Part shown: positions 40,789-51,586 of the stretch, piece by piece | How positions within the stretch are numbered: position 1 is the first letter of the stretch | Layout: the number at the start of each line of letters is the position of its first letter | DNA from: a bacterium | GTDB taxonomy: Bacteria > Zhuqueibacterota > Zhuqueibacteria > Residuimicrobiales > Krinioviventaceae | Reading direction: 5' to 3' | NCBI GenBank assembly: GCA_963693055.1 | Contig: OY843751.1 | Location: forward strand, 2,784,001-2,848,000 | DNA length: 64,000 nt | Notes under the pieces: generated by a model | What the model saw: only the letters and a program-made list of their open reading frames with translations | What the model was told of the DNA's origin: nothing | The model's database searches: none | Made by a program: the position numbers and the translations under genes

Positions 40789-41949
40789 CTAATTTAATGC
40801 TTTAACGACTTTGGTAGCAGCATCAGATAAATCTGAAGCAGGGATTATATCGAGTGAAGAATTTGCAAGAATATCAGCAGCAATATCAGCATTTGTGCCT
40901 GCAAGTCGAACAACTAGTGGCACCTTAACACCAATCTTTTTAGCGGCATTTACAATACCGTTAGCAACACGGTCACAACGTACAATACCACCAAATATAT
41001 TTACCAAAACCGCTTTAACATTCTCGTCTGAAAGAATAATTCTTAAACCATTCTCAACAGTTTCTTCTGAAGCACCACCACCAACATCCAAAAAGTTGGC
41101 AGGTTCGGAACCAGAGTATTTGATGATATCCATTGTTGCCATTGCTAAACCTGCACCATTAACCATACATCCAACCGAACCATCAAGTTTGATGTAATTC
41201 AAATTAGATTTGGAAGCCTCAACTTCAAGGGGATTTTCTTCAGCAATATCCCGCATTTCCTGAATTTCTTTATGACGATACAAAGCATTATCGTCAATAT
41301 TGAGCTTGCTATCAAGTGCGAGGATGTCACCTTCTTTTGTTAAAACCAGGGGGTTAATTTCAATCAATGAACAATCAAAATTAATCATGGTTTGATACAG
41401 AGCAATAAAAAATTGGGTTGCTTTGCGTAAAACTGTACCTTCAAATCCCAGTTTAATTGCAATACGGCGAGCTTGAAAAGGTAGCAATCCTAAACCATTA
41501 TCAATTGTTTCTTTAATAATTAATTCAGGAGATTCAGCAGCAACTTTTTCAATCTCTACACCGCCTTCTTTACTTGCCATAAAAACAAGTTGGTTTTTTG
41601 AACGGTCCAGAACAATTCCAGCATAATACTCTTTTTCAATATTTATCGCTTTGGTTATATAAATCCTTCGGACTATTTTGCCTTCTTGTCCGGTTTGGGG
41701 AGTAACCAGTTTCATCCCAAACATTTGCTCACCTTTTTCAAGAGCTTCCTCCAAAGAGTGAACAACTTTAATACCACCGGCTTTTCCTCTTCCACCGGCA
41801 TGAACCTGGGCTTTTAAAACAAGCGGCCAGGTATCTAGTTTTTTTACTGCATCTCCAAGTTCCTGAATGTTAAATGCGACTATTCCATCAACAACAGGTA
41901 CCTGATACTTTTGTAGTAACTCAACGGCCTGGTATTCATGTATATTCAT
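40789..41949 (-). CDS. sucC: Succinyl-CoA synthetase beta subunit
   Basis: [48 protein letters not shown]. Confidence 0.98.
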   Translation of the reverse strand: MNIHEYQAVELLQKYQVPVVDGIVAFNIQELGDAVKKLDTWPLVLKAQVHAGGRGKAGGIKVVHSLEEALEKGEQMFGMKLVTPQTGQEGKIVRRIYITKAINIEKEYYAGIVLDRSKNQLVFMASKEGGVEIEKVAAESPELIIKETIDNGLGLLPFQARRIAIKLGFEGTVLRKATQFFIALYQTMINFDCSLIEINPLVLTKEGDILALDSKLNIDDNALYRHKEIQEMRDIAEENPLEVEASKSNLNYIKLDGSVGCMVNGAGLAMATMDIIKYSGSEPANFLDVGGGASEETVENGLRIILSDENVKAVLVNIFGGIVRCDRVANGIVNAAKKIGVKVPLVVRLAGTNADIAADILANSSLDIIPASDLSDAATKVVKALN

Positions 41950-42221
41950 GGCCCCTCCATTAAGGATTCAACTCTAGCCAAATTAAAGATTTGTTAATGA
42001 AAAGTCAAGATACTTCATACTAAAATAATAATTACGTCTGTATTTAAGTCATTTTTAAGCAAATTTTGTATACGTCCACTACAGTGTTATTCTGTTTAAT
42101 ATTACATTTTTTTACTTAAAATGTATGCTAATATTAAAAAAAAGTGTGTTTGATATATATATTTCGTTTATATTTGTTCAATTCAAAAAATATTTGATCA
42201 TCAATCAAAAGAGGCTGGGAA

Positions 42222-44036
42222 ATGAAAAAATTGTTAGTAGTTGTTCTCTTTGTATTGTTTTGGATTCAAACTGGTATTTCAAGTGATGACATCCAAAATT
42301 ATGCAAAATCAAGAAGTAACGACCTCCGTCTGGGTGTTTATATTACAGCACACAGCGTACGAGATCACCTTTCTACAGATATGGGAAGACGAGAAGCATT
42401 ATCCCTTGTACAGTCACTAGGCATGAGTAAAGTATTTGTCGAGTTTTATCGTGGTGGTTTGGTTATTGATTCACAATTGTTAACAGACGTAAACAAATTT
42501 TTCACAGACAATGATATTGATGTCATTGGAGGAATTGCCACAGTACCGGGCGAAGGCTTTGGAATACACCAGGAAGGTCCGCTCGGATGGTTTAATTGGC
42601 AAAATGAAAAAACTCAAACTGACTTGTTGGGTGCTATGCAAATGGCTTCACATGTATTCGATAAAATTATAATTGACGATTTTGTATGTACCTCTGATAC
42701 CAGTAAAGAATCCAAAGCTGCAAAGCAAGATCTTTCATGGTCAGAATATCGCCGTAACATGTTGGTTGATATTGCATCAAATATCTTTCTCAAAGAAGTA
42801 CACAAAATTAATCCCGATTGTGAAGTAACAATAAAATTCCCACAATGGTATGATAGATTCCATCTTTTTGGTTATGATATACCCAGACAATCCGCTCAAT
42901 TTGATAATGTTTGGGTAGGTACTGAATCACGTGGTGCCCGTACACAACGCTATGGATTTGTACAACCTTATGAAGGTTATATTAATTATAGATGGATAAA
43001 CTCTATTGCCGGTAAAGTATCTGGTGCATGGTTCGATCATGGTGACTGTCAACCATTGGATTTCATCGATCAGGCATACCAAAGTGTGTTGGCCGGAGCA
43101 AATGAAATAACAATGTTTCATTATGGCGATTTTTTATGGGGCCATGGAGGTCATCATTATTTACGTTCAGAATTTGATAAACTTGCTGACCTTGCTGCAA
43201 AAGTTACAGGTAATGAAGAAACAGTTATTTATGGTTACAAACCTGCAAACAGTGATGCCGGTGGCGATCTCTATATTATGGATTTCATTGGTATGCTTGG
43301 TATTCCTCTTGTTCCAGCTTCTGAATGGCCCGAACAGGCTGAAATACTTTTCATTCCAACGCAGGCAGCTAAAGATAAAGATATTGAATCTAAAATATTT
43401 CAAGCTGTAAAAAAACAAAAAACTGTAATTATGACCACAGGATTCTTATCTGTTATGGACAGCAAGAAATTAAATAAACTTGCAGGTTTACAACATCCTG
43501 TCAAGAGTAATCCTGTAAAGGCAGAGTTTATTACATTTAATAATGTTCCACAATATGTTCAAGAAGGTTTACTGCTAGAAAGCACTCCTACATTAAAGGA
43601 AGCCGAGGCTATTATAACAGCAAACTATCAAGAAAAATTAGTACCGTTTTATTCTCAAAATCAAAACAATGTATTTGTGTTAAACTGTCATACCTTTTCA
43701 CAGGCTGATTTTGATGCAGTGGGTGAAGTATTATTGTGCCCACGAGATTTGGGATTACTTTACCTCCCCCCCAACGCCATCAGTACTTTGAGGAATTCTA
43801 TTATTGGCAAGTTGGGAATCCAAATGCAAGCGCCTACACGCGTTACTTTACAGCCAGTGGGTAAAAGTGGCTGGTTCTTGCAAAATTATAACGAAGAACC
43901 TGTAATTATTAAATTAAAAATTGATAATAGATCAGGTTCATTCAAAAATGTATTTACAGGTGAAAATATAAAAATTAGTAGTGATGGATTTGCAACAATA
44001 ATTATCCCCAAAAGATCCAGAATTTGGGTGCAATAA
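42222..44036 (+). CDS. Secreted hypothetical protein, probable glycoside-hydrolase-like TIM barrel
   Basis: Signal peptide; IIDDF, IKFPQWY, WVGTE.R motifs. Confidence 0.5.
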   Translation: MKKLLVVVLFVLFWIQTGISSDDIQNYAKSRSNDLRLGVYITAHSVRDHLSTDMGRREALSLVQSLGMSKVFVEFYRGGLVIDSQLLTDVNKFFTDNDIDVIGGIATVPGEGFGIHQEGPLGWFNWQNEKTQTDLLGAMQMASHVFDKIIIDDFVCTSDTSKESKAAKQDLSWSEYRRNMLVDIASNIFLKEVHKINPDCEVTIKFPQWYDRFHLFGYDIPRQSAQFDNVWVGTESRGARTQRYGFVQPYEGYINYRWINSIAGKVSGAWFDHGDCQPLDFIDQAYQSVLAGANEITMFHYGDFLWGHGGHHYLRSEFDKLADLAAKVTGNEETVIYGYKPANSDAGGDLYIMDFIGMLGIPLVPASEWPEQAEILFIPTQAAKDKDIESKIFQAVKKQKTVIMTTGFLSVMDSKKLNKLAGLQHPVKSNPVKAEFITFNNVPQYVQEGLLLESTPTLKEAEAIITANYQEKLVPFYSQNQNNVFVLNCHTFSQADFDAVGEVLLCPRDLGLLYLPPNAISTLRNSIIGKLGIQMQAPTRVTLQPVGKSGWFLQNYNEEPVIIKLKIDNRSGSFKNVFTGENIKISSDGFATIIIPKRSRIWVQ

Positions 44037-44070
44037 AATACATCAGTTAAGCAAATAAAAAAAATAGTTG

Positions 44071-44119
44071 GTTGACAAATCAACTATTTTTTTATATATT
44101 TAGTTGACTGCTCAACTAA
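44071..44119 (+). promoter_or_regulatory. Sigma70-type promoter overlapped by two MarR-type operator palindromes
   Basis: TTGACA(44072)-N17-TATATT(44095); GTTGA-N4-TCAAC at 44071-44084 and TTAGTTGA-N4-TCAACTAA at 44100-44119. Confidence 0.75.
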
Positions 44120-44142
44120 TATAAATATGTGAAAGGTTTTAA

Positions 44143-45498
44143 ATGAAAGATATAAATATATTAAAAGATGATAATATAGGCAGATCTCTTTTCAAGCTAT
44201 CGCTTCCGGCAATGATAGGTATGCTGGTAATGTCTATGTACAATGTTGTCGATGCGATTTTTATAGGTAAAGGTGTCGGCACAATGGGTATTGCTGCTGT
44301 AGCCATATCTTTTCCAATTCAGATGATTGTTGGTGCCATTGGTCAAATGCTGGGAATTGGTGGTGCCTCTCTTCTTTCAAGGTCTCTGGGTGCACAGGAT
44401 TATGATACATCCAACAGAATTCTTGGAAATGTTATTATTTCAACTGTACTATTTTCACTTGTAATCACAATCGTAGGTTTTCTTTTTACGGATCAGGTTC
44501 TTGTTTTTTTTGGTTCCTCACAAACAATTTTGCCCTATGCTAAAGAATATTTTATATACATTGTACCTGGTATTTTATTTCACAGTATGGCAATGGCATT
44601 GAATAATTTAATTCGGGCTGAAGGCAAAGCCAAAGTTGCCATGTTTACAATGATTATATCATCAGTCCTAAATATAATTCTGGATGCTCTTTTTATTTTT
44701 GGATTTAAGATGGGTATTAGTGGTGCTGCCATAGCTACGCTACTGGCTTATATTGCAGGTGCAATTTATTTAGCACTTTACTATCTTTCTGGGAGATCCA
44801 TGTTAAATGTTAAAATTTCATATTTAAAATTTGATTTAAAAATCAACAAAGAAATTTATGCAATAGGCATAGCTGTGTTTGCCAGACAAGCAGCAATGAG
44901 TATTCTGGTTATTATTTTAAACAATTTATTAGGCTTTCTGGGAGGAGATATTGCAATAGCAGTTTATGGTATTGTGATGCGGATTCTAATGGTAATGATG
45001 ACACCAATAATCGGTTTGGCTCAGGGGTTACAGCCTATTGCTGGTTATAATTTTGGTGCTCAAAATTATCTAAAAACCAAAGAATCTGTCAAGCTGGCTG
45101 TTTTAGTATCCTCTATTTTATCAATATCAGCCACCTTTATTATTATGGTTTTTCCAGTAGCTTTATTGAAATTATTTACAAACGATATTTTATTAATTGA
45201 CCAGGGAAAGACTGCCTTGCGCTTAATGGTACTCGCGTTTCCAGTTGTTGGGTTTCAAATTGTAGGTTCTACCTTGTACCAGGCAATTGGTAAAGCTTTT
45301 GAGAATTTAATTCTAACACTTTCCAGACAAGTATTGTTTTTGATACCTTTAGTATTTATTCTCTCTCATTATTTCAAGCTTGTTGGTGTTTGGCTATCCT
45401 TTCCAGTGGCTGATATTTTATCATTTTTACTAACCTTAATGTTTCTCATATCTTTGAACAAACAATACAACCTTAAAATAAAAATGTCAGAGGTTTAA
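44143..45498 (+). CDS. MATE family efflux transporter (MepA-like)
   Basis: LPAMIGMLV..YNVVD, RAEG, N..LD..FIF, QPI.GYNFGA; about 12 TM segments. Confidence 0.92.
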   Translation: MKDINILKDDNIGRSLFKLSLPAMIGMLVMSMYNVVDAIFIGKGVGTMGIAAVAISFPIQMIVGAIGQMLGIGGASLLSRSLGAQDYDTSNRILGNVIISTVLFSLVITIVGFLFTDQVLVFFGSSQTILPYAKEYFIYIVPGILFHSMAMALNNLIRAEGKAKVAMFTMIISSVLNIILDALFIFGFKMGISGAAIATLLAYIAGAIYLALYYLSGRSMLNVKISYLKFDLKINKEIYAIGIAVFARQAAMSILVIILNNLLGFLGGDIAIAVYGIVMRILMVMMTPIIGLAQGLQPIAGYNFGAQNYLKTKESVKLAVLVSSILSISATFIIMVFPVALLKLFTNDILLIDQGKTALRLMVLAFPVVGFQIVGSTLYQAIGKAFENLILTLSRQVLFLIPLVFILSHYFKLVGVWLSFPVADILSFLLTLMFLISLNKQYNLKIKMSEV

Positions 45499-45500
45499 TC

Positions 45501-45959
45501 ATGCATCATCAGGACAGTATTGGTAAAATGTTGGGCTTTTTGCATAGAAGCGCACAAAAATATTTTAATCATCAACTTTCAAAATATGATTTAGGAAGTG
45601 GTGCTTATATGTTTTTGATCTATCTTTTTCATAATGATGGTGCAACTCAAAATGAGACCAGCTCACATCTGGATGTAGATAAATCACATGCAACTCGGAT
45701 TTTTCACAATCTTGAAAAATTAGGATATGTCACAAGAAAGCATGATATTCATGATAAGCGTGTTTATCGTGTTTATCTCACAAAAAAGGCAATTTCCATT
45801 AGAACCGATATTAAAGAGATTATGCAATCCTGGTCTGAGATTATTACCAAAGATTTGAAAGAGAATGAAAAAGATCTGGTCAAAAAGTTATTATGGAAAA
45901 TGTCAAAAAATGTAACGGACATGAATGACGCACAAAATAAATTATGTCAAAATAGTTGA
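45501..45959 (+). CDS. MarR family transcriptional regulator
   Basis: L.VDKS..TR....LE..GYV.R...DKR...V.LT. Confidence 0.9.
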   Translation: MHHQDSIGKMLGFLHRSAQKYFNHQLSKYDLGSGAYMFLIYLFHNDGATQNETSSHLDVDKSHATRIFHNLEKLGYVTRKHDIHDKRVYRVYLTKKAISIRTDIKEIMQSWSEIITKDLKENEKDLVKKLLWKMSKNVTDMNDAQNKLCQNS

Positions 45960-46007
45960 CTATTAAAAATAAGGTTGTAAATTATAAAATAATAACAAGA
46001 GGACGAT

Positions 46008-46370
46008 ATGGATTTAAAAGACTTTCAAAAAATGGCAATCAAAATTGATCCACCAAAAAAGACACAGGCTGACAATGCAGTTGAAGAAATTGAAAAATAC
46101 ATCCTTGCTGTTAAATCACAATTAGCAGAGAACCAGGATCTTGCAGTTCTTGTACCTTTGAAAAATGGAGAGACTGTTCAGGTCCTTTCTTTTGCTTCAG
46201 AAGATGCAAATATGATTTTTGTCAATGGTTTTTGCAATTTTGAGCCTGTTTTTTTGCTGGTTCACCTGTATGATTTTCAAATTATGATAAAAATCATAGA
46301 AAATCCCCAGGAAGAAGACAAACATATCGGCTTTGAATTTTCTAAAAAAAAAATTAAAGAATCAGAATAA
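46008..46370 (+). CDS. Hypothetical protein
   Basis: 120-aa ORF with GAGGA SD; ends in a ..IGF motif. Confidence 0.55.
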   Translation: MDLKDFQKMAIKIDPPKKTQADNAVEEIEKYILAVKSQLAENQDLAVLVPLKNGETVQVLSFASEDANMIFVNGFCNFEPVFLLVHLYDFQIMIKIIENPQEEDKHIGFEFSKKKIKESE

Positions 46371-46427
46371 CAACCCAGCTCCCCACCTCAAATTTGTATT
46401 ATTAAAATAATATCTTTACCTTCAGAA

Positions 46428-46661
46428 ACGCAAACGTTTGCGTGAAAAATTTTTCTAAAAAAAGTAACTTATTAATATCCTATCAATCATGAAAAAAAAT
46501 AACTATAGATACCTAATAATAATAATTTATCTTGACAAAGAATGAAAATTACATTATTTTACTTTTATAAAAATAAAAATTTTAAAAGTAATGGTGCTAA
46601 TTTTTTCTATGTATAAAATTATTTAAAAAAATTTTTTTTCATCAGTCAGGCAAACGTTTGC
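46428..46661. promoter_or_regulatory. Two LacI-family-type operators upstream of the GWxTD/TBDR operon
   Basis: ACGCAAACGTTTGCGT (46428-46443) and GCAAACGTTTGC (46650-46661), palindromes with a central CG. Confidence 0.7.
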
Positions 46662-46971
46662 ATTATGAGTGGAATGTTTTATTTAATAATTTATTATATA
46701 TTCTTTGGGCTAAATATTTATGTTTGACAAATCTCAGAAATGTTTCCAATCTTTTATCTCCGTTGATAACGTAATGTTTGCAGGTAAATTAAATGTAATT
46801 GATTTGTATTATTTAAGTAAGATTTTACCTAAAAATTAAAAATCCTTAATATTATTCAAGTGTTAGTCATTTATATTTCTAATAAATAGAAGCAAGTTTT
46901 TCTCATACATATAGACACGATACCGATTCAATTAGACAGGTTGTATTTAGAAGCGCAGCAGGAGAAGTATA

Positions 46972-48327
46972 ATGAAAAAGCAGCACATATTAATAATTAT
47001 ATTTTATTTACTCGTATTCCCGATATGGGTCTTTCCATCTTCCCCGCAAAAAAGCACCAATACACCTATATACTTTTTTGATACAAATATATTTCAGACT
47101 TTTAGTGAAATTGCAAGAATTGAAACATACTATTCTGTAGCCTTACCTCAACTAAAATTTAAAAAGAATGACAATGGATATCTGGCAAATTTTTCAGCAA
47201 AATTAATAGTATTTTCAGAAAAGATGGATACAGTTCAAGTAAAGGTTAAAAGCACAGGCACCATTGAAAAAGATGAGAACAATATAAACAATTCTGAAAA
47301 AGGGCTAGTTGACCAAATTTTTTACAACCTTGAACCTGGTGACTATTTTGTAAAATTTTCTATAACTGATGAAAATTCAAAGAAAACAAGTGTTATCTGG
47401 GATTCATTAACAGTATCACCCGTACCTAACAAACTATCTATTAGTGATATACAATTAGCATCTTTGATTTCAGCTGAATCTAAACACCCAAATTATACAA
47501 AAGCTAATAAAACTGTAATTCCCAATCCCTCCCATCGATATCAATATCACAATTCTTTATTATATCTCTACTATGAAATTTATAATTTTGAAAAAAGTGC
47601 TGACAGTCTAAAGAACTCATTTGAGACTCAATACATAATTACTAACGCTTTTAACGATACATTAATTATTACGAATCCTTCAAAGAGTATTAAACAAGCT
47701 GAATCATTAATCAAGGTCCAGGCAATTGATATTTCAGGTTTAGAAAGTGGTGAGCATCATTTATTTATCAAGATTAAAGATTTAGCAAACAATGCATCGT
47801 CTATAGTTTCAAATCATTTTACAGTATCTAATCCCCCACTGCCTGAAACAAATATTCCATTAACAGATAAAGATCTAAAAAATTATAGAGATCAAATCAA
47901 ATATATTGCAACCCATGAAGAGTTGAAAATTTTTGATTCATTGCCAACAAATGACAAAGGTACATTTTTAATTAATTTTTGGAAAAGCAAAGATTATGAT
48001 CTTTCCACACCTGAAAATGAATTCATGATGGATTGTTTTGCAAGAATCAATTACGCAAACAAACATTTTAACAGCAATACCAATGGTTTAAATTCAGATA
48101 TGGGCAGGATTTTTATTGTATATGGTCAACCTGACGATATTGATCGTCATCATATGGAAATGAACAACAAGCCATATGAAATCTGGAGTTATTATGTTGG
48201 AGGCCAAAATCATAAATTTGTTTTTGTAGATAGAAATAATGAAAATATTTATTCATTGGTACATTCTACTTTACCTGAAGAAATAACAAATGAAGGATGG
48301 TTTGAAAGAGAAGTTGAAGGCCAATAA
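46972..48327 (+). CDS. GWxTD domain-containing protein
   Basis: FW..KD....TPENEF...RI.YAN..F...GLNSDMGRIFIVYGQPD...YEIWSY. Confidence 0.85.
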   Translation: MKKQHILIIIFYLLVFPIWVFPSSPQKSTNTPIYFFDTNIFQTFSEIARIETYYSVALPQLKFKKNDNGYLANFSAKLIVFSEKMDTVQVKVKSTGTIEKDENNINNSEKGLVDQIFYNLEPGDYFVKFSITDENSKKTSVIWDSLTVSPVPNKLSISDIQLASLISAESKHPNYTKANKTVIPNPSHRYQYHNSLLYLYYEIYNFEKSADSLKNSFETQYIITNAFNDTLIITNPSKSIKQAESLIKVQAIDISGLESGEHHLFIKIKDLANNASSIVSNHFTVSNPPLPETNIPLTDKDLKNYRDQIKYIATHEELKIFDSLPTNDKGTFLINFWKSKDYDLSTPENEFMMDCFARINYANKHFNSNTNGLNSDMGRIFIVYGQPDDIDRHHMEMNNKPYEIWSYYVGGQNHKFVFVDRNNENIYSLVHSTLPEEITNEGWFEREVEGQ

Positions 48328-48469
48328 ATTTTTAATCCGTAATTTAAAATAATAAAATTAGGAGGTGATGAAAGGAACCAAAAATTTTAATTAGTAATGG
48401 GAACCAGGGTTTATTAAAATCTTATGCCCGTTCCCAAATAACACTTAACATAATAAAATGGAGATTGCA

Positions 48470-51400
48470 ATGGCGAGTTACAAGTGGTTTAAACTACGGG
48501 TATTACTGCTGACATTTAGTTTGTTAGTATGTTTTACTGTTGAGAAAACACTTGCTGGAACTACTGGCAAAATTGCAGGGAAAATTTTCGACAGCAAGAC
48601 TAATGAAAGTCTCCCGGGCGCCAATATTACCATTGTAGGAACAACGATGGGTGCATCATCAGATGTTGATGGTAACTATTTTATCCTGAATGTTCCTCCA
48701 GGCACATATTCGGTGCGCGGTTCAATGATGGGTTATGGGCCTGTTGTACAACAAGAGGTTCGGGTTAATACTGACAGAACAACACTGTTGGATTTTGGCT
48801 TGTCCGAAGCAGTGTTGGATTTAGGTGAAGAAGTAGTCATTACATCTACCAGACCTCTTGTAGAGCAAGATGTCGTTTCAAGTCAGGTAATAGCAACTGT
48901 TGAACAAACAGAAATGCTGCCTGTTTCTAACATTATGGATGCTATAAGTCTTGAACCTGGTATTGAGGTAAATAGTTCCGAGATGAAAATTGAAATTCGT
49001 GGTGGTGGAAGCGATGAAATCAGCTTTCAAGTTGATGGTATGGAACGTAATGATAAACTGAACAATAAAGTTTTTGCAGAAACAAACTCTGCTTCAGTAT
49101 CTGAAGTACAGATCCTTACTGGTGGTTTTAACGCTGAATATGGTAACATTCGTTCAGGTTTGTTTAACGTTATCACCAAAGAAGGTGGAAAAACACTTTC
49201 CGGTTCATTTGATTATCGTACATCTCCGGGTCATCAGAAGCATTTCGGCCCCAGTGCTTATGGCGATGACCAATATGACAATATGCTTTATGGTGGCAGC
49301 AACTCTTTTGAACCCGTTTTTGATGTTGAAGGCGGTCAATTGTTTGCAGGTTGGAATGCTATTACTGAAACCAAAAATTCTGAATCTTGGATGGGAAAAA
49401 ATGACTGGACTCCTCAGCAATTACAGGAAGTTTGGAAATGGACCACTCGTGGTGTTGATTATGGTGATAACGCAGACCATTACATTGACGCTGGTCTCGG
49501 CGGTCCTGTTCCCGGTTTGGACAAATTGGGCCTCAAAGATGCAGGTTTCTTTTTAGGATACAAGTATACCCGTCAATATCCTATCTTGCCTTCCGTAAGT
49601 GAATATTATGATTCTGACATTAAAGAAGCAAAATTTTCATTCAAACCTATGGACAACATCAAAGTTGTTGTTAATGGTTTGTACGGTGAGACAATGACAT
49701 CTACCAATGGTGATGACTGGGATGAAGATCAATGGACATTCAATTATGGAAACAATGTTTCTGAAATTGAATCAGGTACTGATCTCTTTTCAAATTACAA
49801 ATACTATCTTGGATCACAAGATATGCTTTATGCAACAACCAAACAAATTGGCTTCAAGATGATTCATACAATCAATCCTTCAACTTATTATGAAGTAAAA
49901 TATAATTATTTTACTACAGAATCTGAAGCTGGACACGGTACCAAAAGAAATCTTGCAGCCGTTAAAACTATCGGCGGCGTAGCCTTTGATGAAGGTCCGG
50001 TAGGTTGGATTGATGAAACCGCATCTTTGACAGATTTGACTGGTAACTGGAGTCTGTCAGGCGGTGGTTTGGTTTCTGATACATCTTCATATGCTACTCA
50101 CAAATTCAATATCGACTTTACCAGTCAGGTTAACCAAAACAACCTGGTAAAAGCTGGTTTAGAATTTGCACAAGACCACATTATTAAAGATTTCAAAAAA
50201 CAAGGTACTATCAATGTAAACAATTACAGTACTTTTAATTTTGATAGAAAACCATCTCACTATTCTGGTTACATTCAGGATAAAATTGAGTATGGTGGCA
50301 TGATTGTTAATGCTGGTATCCGTATTGATCATTATGCTGCAAATGGTTACATCTATGATCCTACAAATATCTATTCTCTGTTGTGGGCACGTGGTGGTAC
50401 CGCAGGATACACTGATCCTGATCAATTACCAAAAGAAGCAAGTGAAGCTCATACATACTTGAGCCCAAGACTTGGTTTTTCACATCCGGTTCGCAAGCAT
50501 ACCAAATTCTTCTTTAATTATGGTGTTTTCTACTCTGAACCTACCAACACTGACCGTTACGGAATGTTTTCAGAGAGCATGCCTTTTGGCGATCCTCAGG
50601 GCGACATTAGAAGATTGGGTTACGCAAATCTTGAAGCTCCAAAAACTTCTGCTTACGAAATTGGTTTTGAACAAAGTATTGCAGATGATTACCTGATTCG
50701 TGCAAACTTTTATTCAAAAGATAATACTGAAATGATTGGTAAACTTCGTGTTGACGGCCAAGGTGGCTCTGCCTCTATTGGTGACTTTGTAAATGGTGTT
50801 TCTGCCGGTGTTGCAGGTTACGATACACGACGCAACAATATTTACCAGGATATTCGCGGTATTGAAATGAAAATCAGCAAACTGCGTGGTCGTTTTTTCA
50901 CCGGTTGGTTGAATATGGATTATCGCATTAAAACTCAGGGTAATTATGGTTACTCTTCTTTGAACCAGGATCCACTTGTTGGTTATTATGTATACAGTGC
51001 AACCAAACTTCAGCCACAATCTGAACCTGGTTTCATTGGCAACTTTTCTTTCCATACACCAATGGATTGGGGTACATTAAAAGGCAATTGGAGATTAAGT
51101 CTTATTCAACGTTGGAACAAGGGTTCAAAATACATCTACAATCCTGATGATCTCCCAGCTCGTGAAGTAAGAACCATTTATTATTGGTTGGATTCTTACT
51201 ACACATCATTAAGACTTAGCAAATCTTTCACCGTTTATAAAAACCTTTCTGCCCGTGTATATATGGATGTAAATAATTTGTTCAATTACAAAAAACTGAA
51301 CCTCGACGTATTGGCTGACAATGAAAAAGAACAATACTTTACACAATATATTGATCAAGATAACGGTCTAGGAAAAGACATTGGTGAATATGAAGATGAT

Positions 51401-51535
51401 AACGGCAATGATGTATTTACTGAAGATTGGGTTGATTCAAATGGTACTACCCGTGCACCGATTGCACCGGGAAAAGATTATGCATTATTTTATAATCCAC
51501 GTTCATTCCTGTTCGGTGTAAAGTTTGAATTTTAA
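48470..51535 (+). CDS. TonB-dependent receptor with carboxypeptidase-regulatory-like N-terminal domain
   Basis: GTTGKIAG...LPGANI, IRGG, GGFNAEYG, QDKIEY, SPRLGFSHP, C-terminal PR...GVKFEF. Confidence 0.92.
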   Translation: MASYKWFKLRVLLLTFSLLVCFTVEKTLAGTTGKIAGKIFDSKTNESLPGANITIVGTTMGASSDVDGNYFILNVPPGTYSVRGSMMGYGPVVQQEVRVNTDRTTLLDFGLSEAVLDLGEEVVITSTRPLVEQDVVSSQVIATVEQTEMLPVSNIMDAISLEPGIEVNSSEMKIEIRGGGSDEISFQVDGMERNDKLNNKVFAETNSASVSEVQILTGGFNAEYGNIRSGLFNVITKEGGKTLSGSFDYRTSPGHQKHFGPSAYGDDQYDNMLYGGSNSFEPVFDVEGGQLFAGWNAITETKNSESWMGKNDWTPQQLQEVWKWTTRGVDYGDNADHYIDAGLGGPVPGLDKLGLKDAGFFLGYKYTRQYPILPSVSEYYDSDIKEAKFSFKPMDNIKVVVNGLYGETMTSTNGDDWDEDQWTFNYGNNVSEIESGTDLFSNYKYYLGSQDMLYATTKQIGFKMIHTINPSTYYEVKYNYFTTESEAGHGTKRNLAAVKTIGGVAFDEGPVGWIDETASLTDLTGNWSLSGGGLVSDTSSYATHKFNIDFTSQVNQNNLVKAGLEFAQDHIIKDFKKQGTINVNNYSTFNFDRKPSHYSGYIQDKIEYGGMIVNAGIRIDHYAANGYIYDPTNIYSLLWARGGTAGYTDPDQLPKEASEAHTYLSPRLGFSHPVRKHTKFFFNYGVFYSEPTNTDRYGMFSESMPFGDPQGDIRRLGYANLEAPKTSAYEIGFEQSIADDYLIRANFYSKDNTEMIGKLRVDGQGGSASIGDFVNGVSAGVAGYDTRRNNIYQDIRGIEMKISKLRGRFFTGWLNMDYRIKTQGNYGYSSLNQDPLVGYYVYSATKLQPQSEPGFIGNFSFHTPMDWGTLKGNWRLSLIQRWNKGSKYIYNPDDLPAREVRTIYYWLDSYYTSLRLSKSFTVYKNLSARVYMDVNNLFNYKKLNLDVLADNEKEQYFTQYIDQDNGLGKDIGEYEDDNGNDVFTEDWVDSNGTTRAPIAPGKDYALFYNPRSFLFGVKFEF

Positions 51536-51586
51536 GTTGAAATTCAATTGCTTTTATCTTGAAAAAGAAAAAAAAGGAAACCACAA

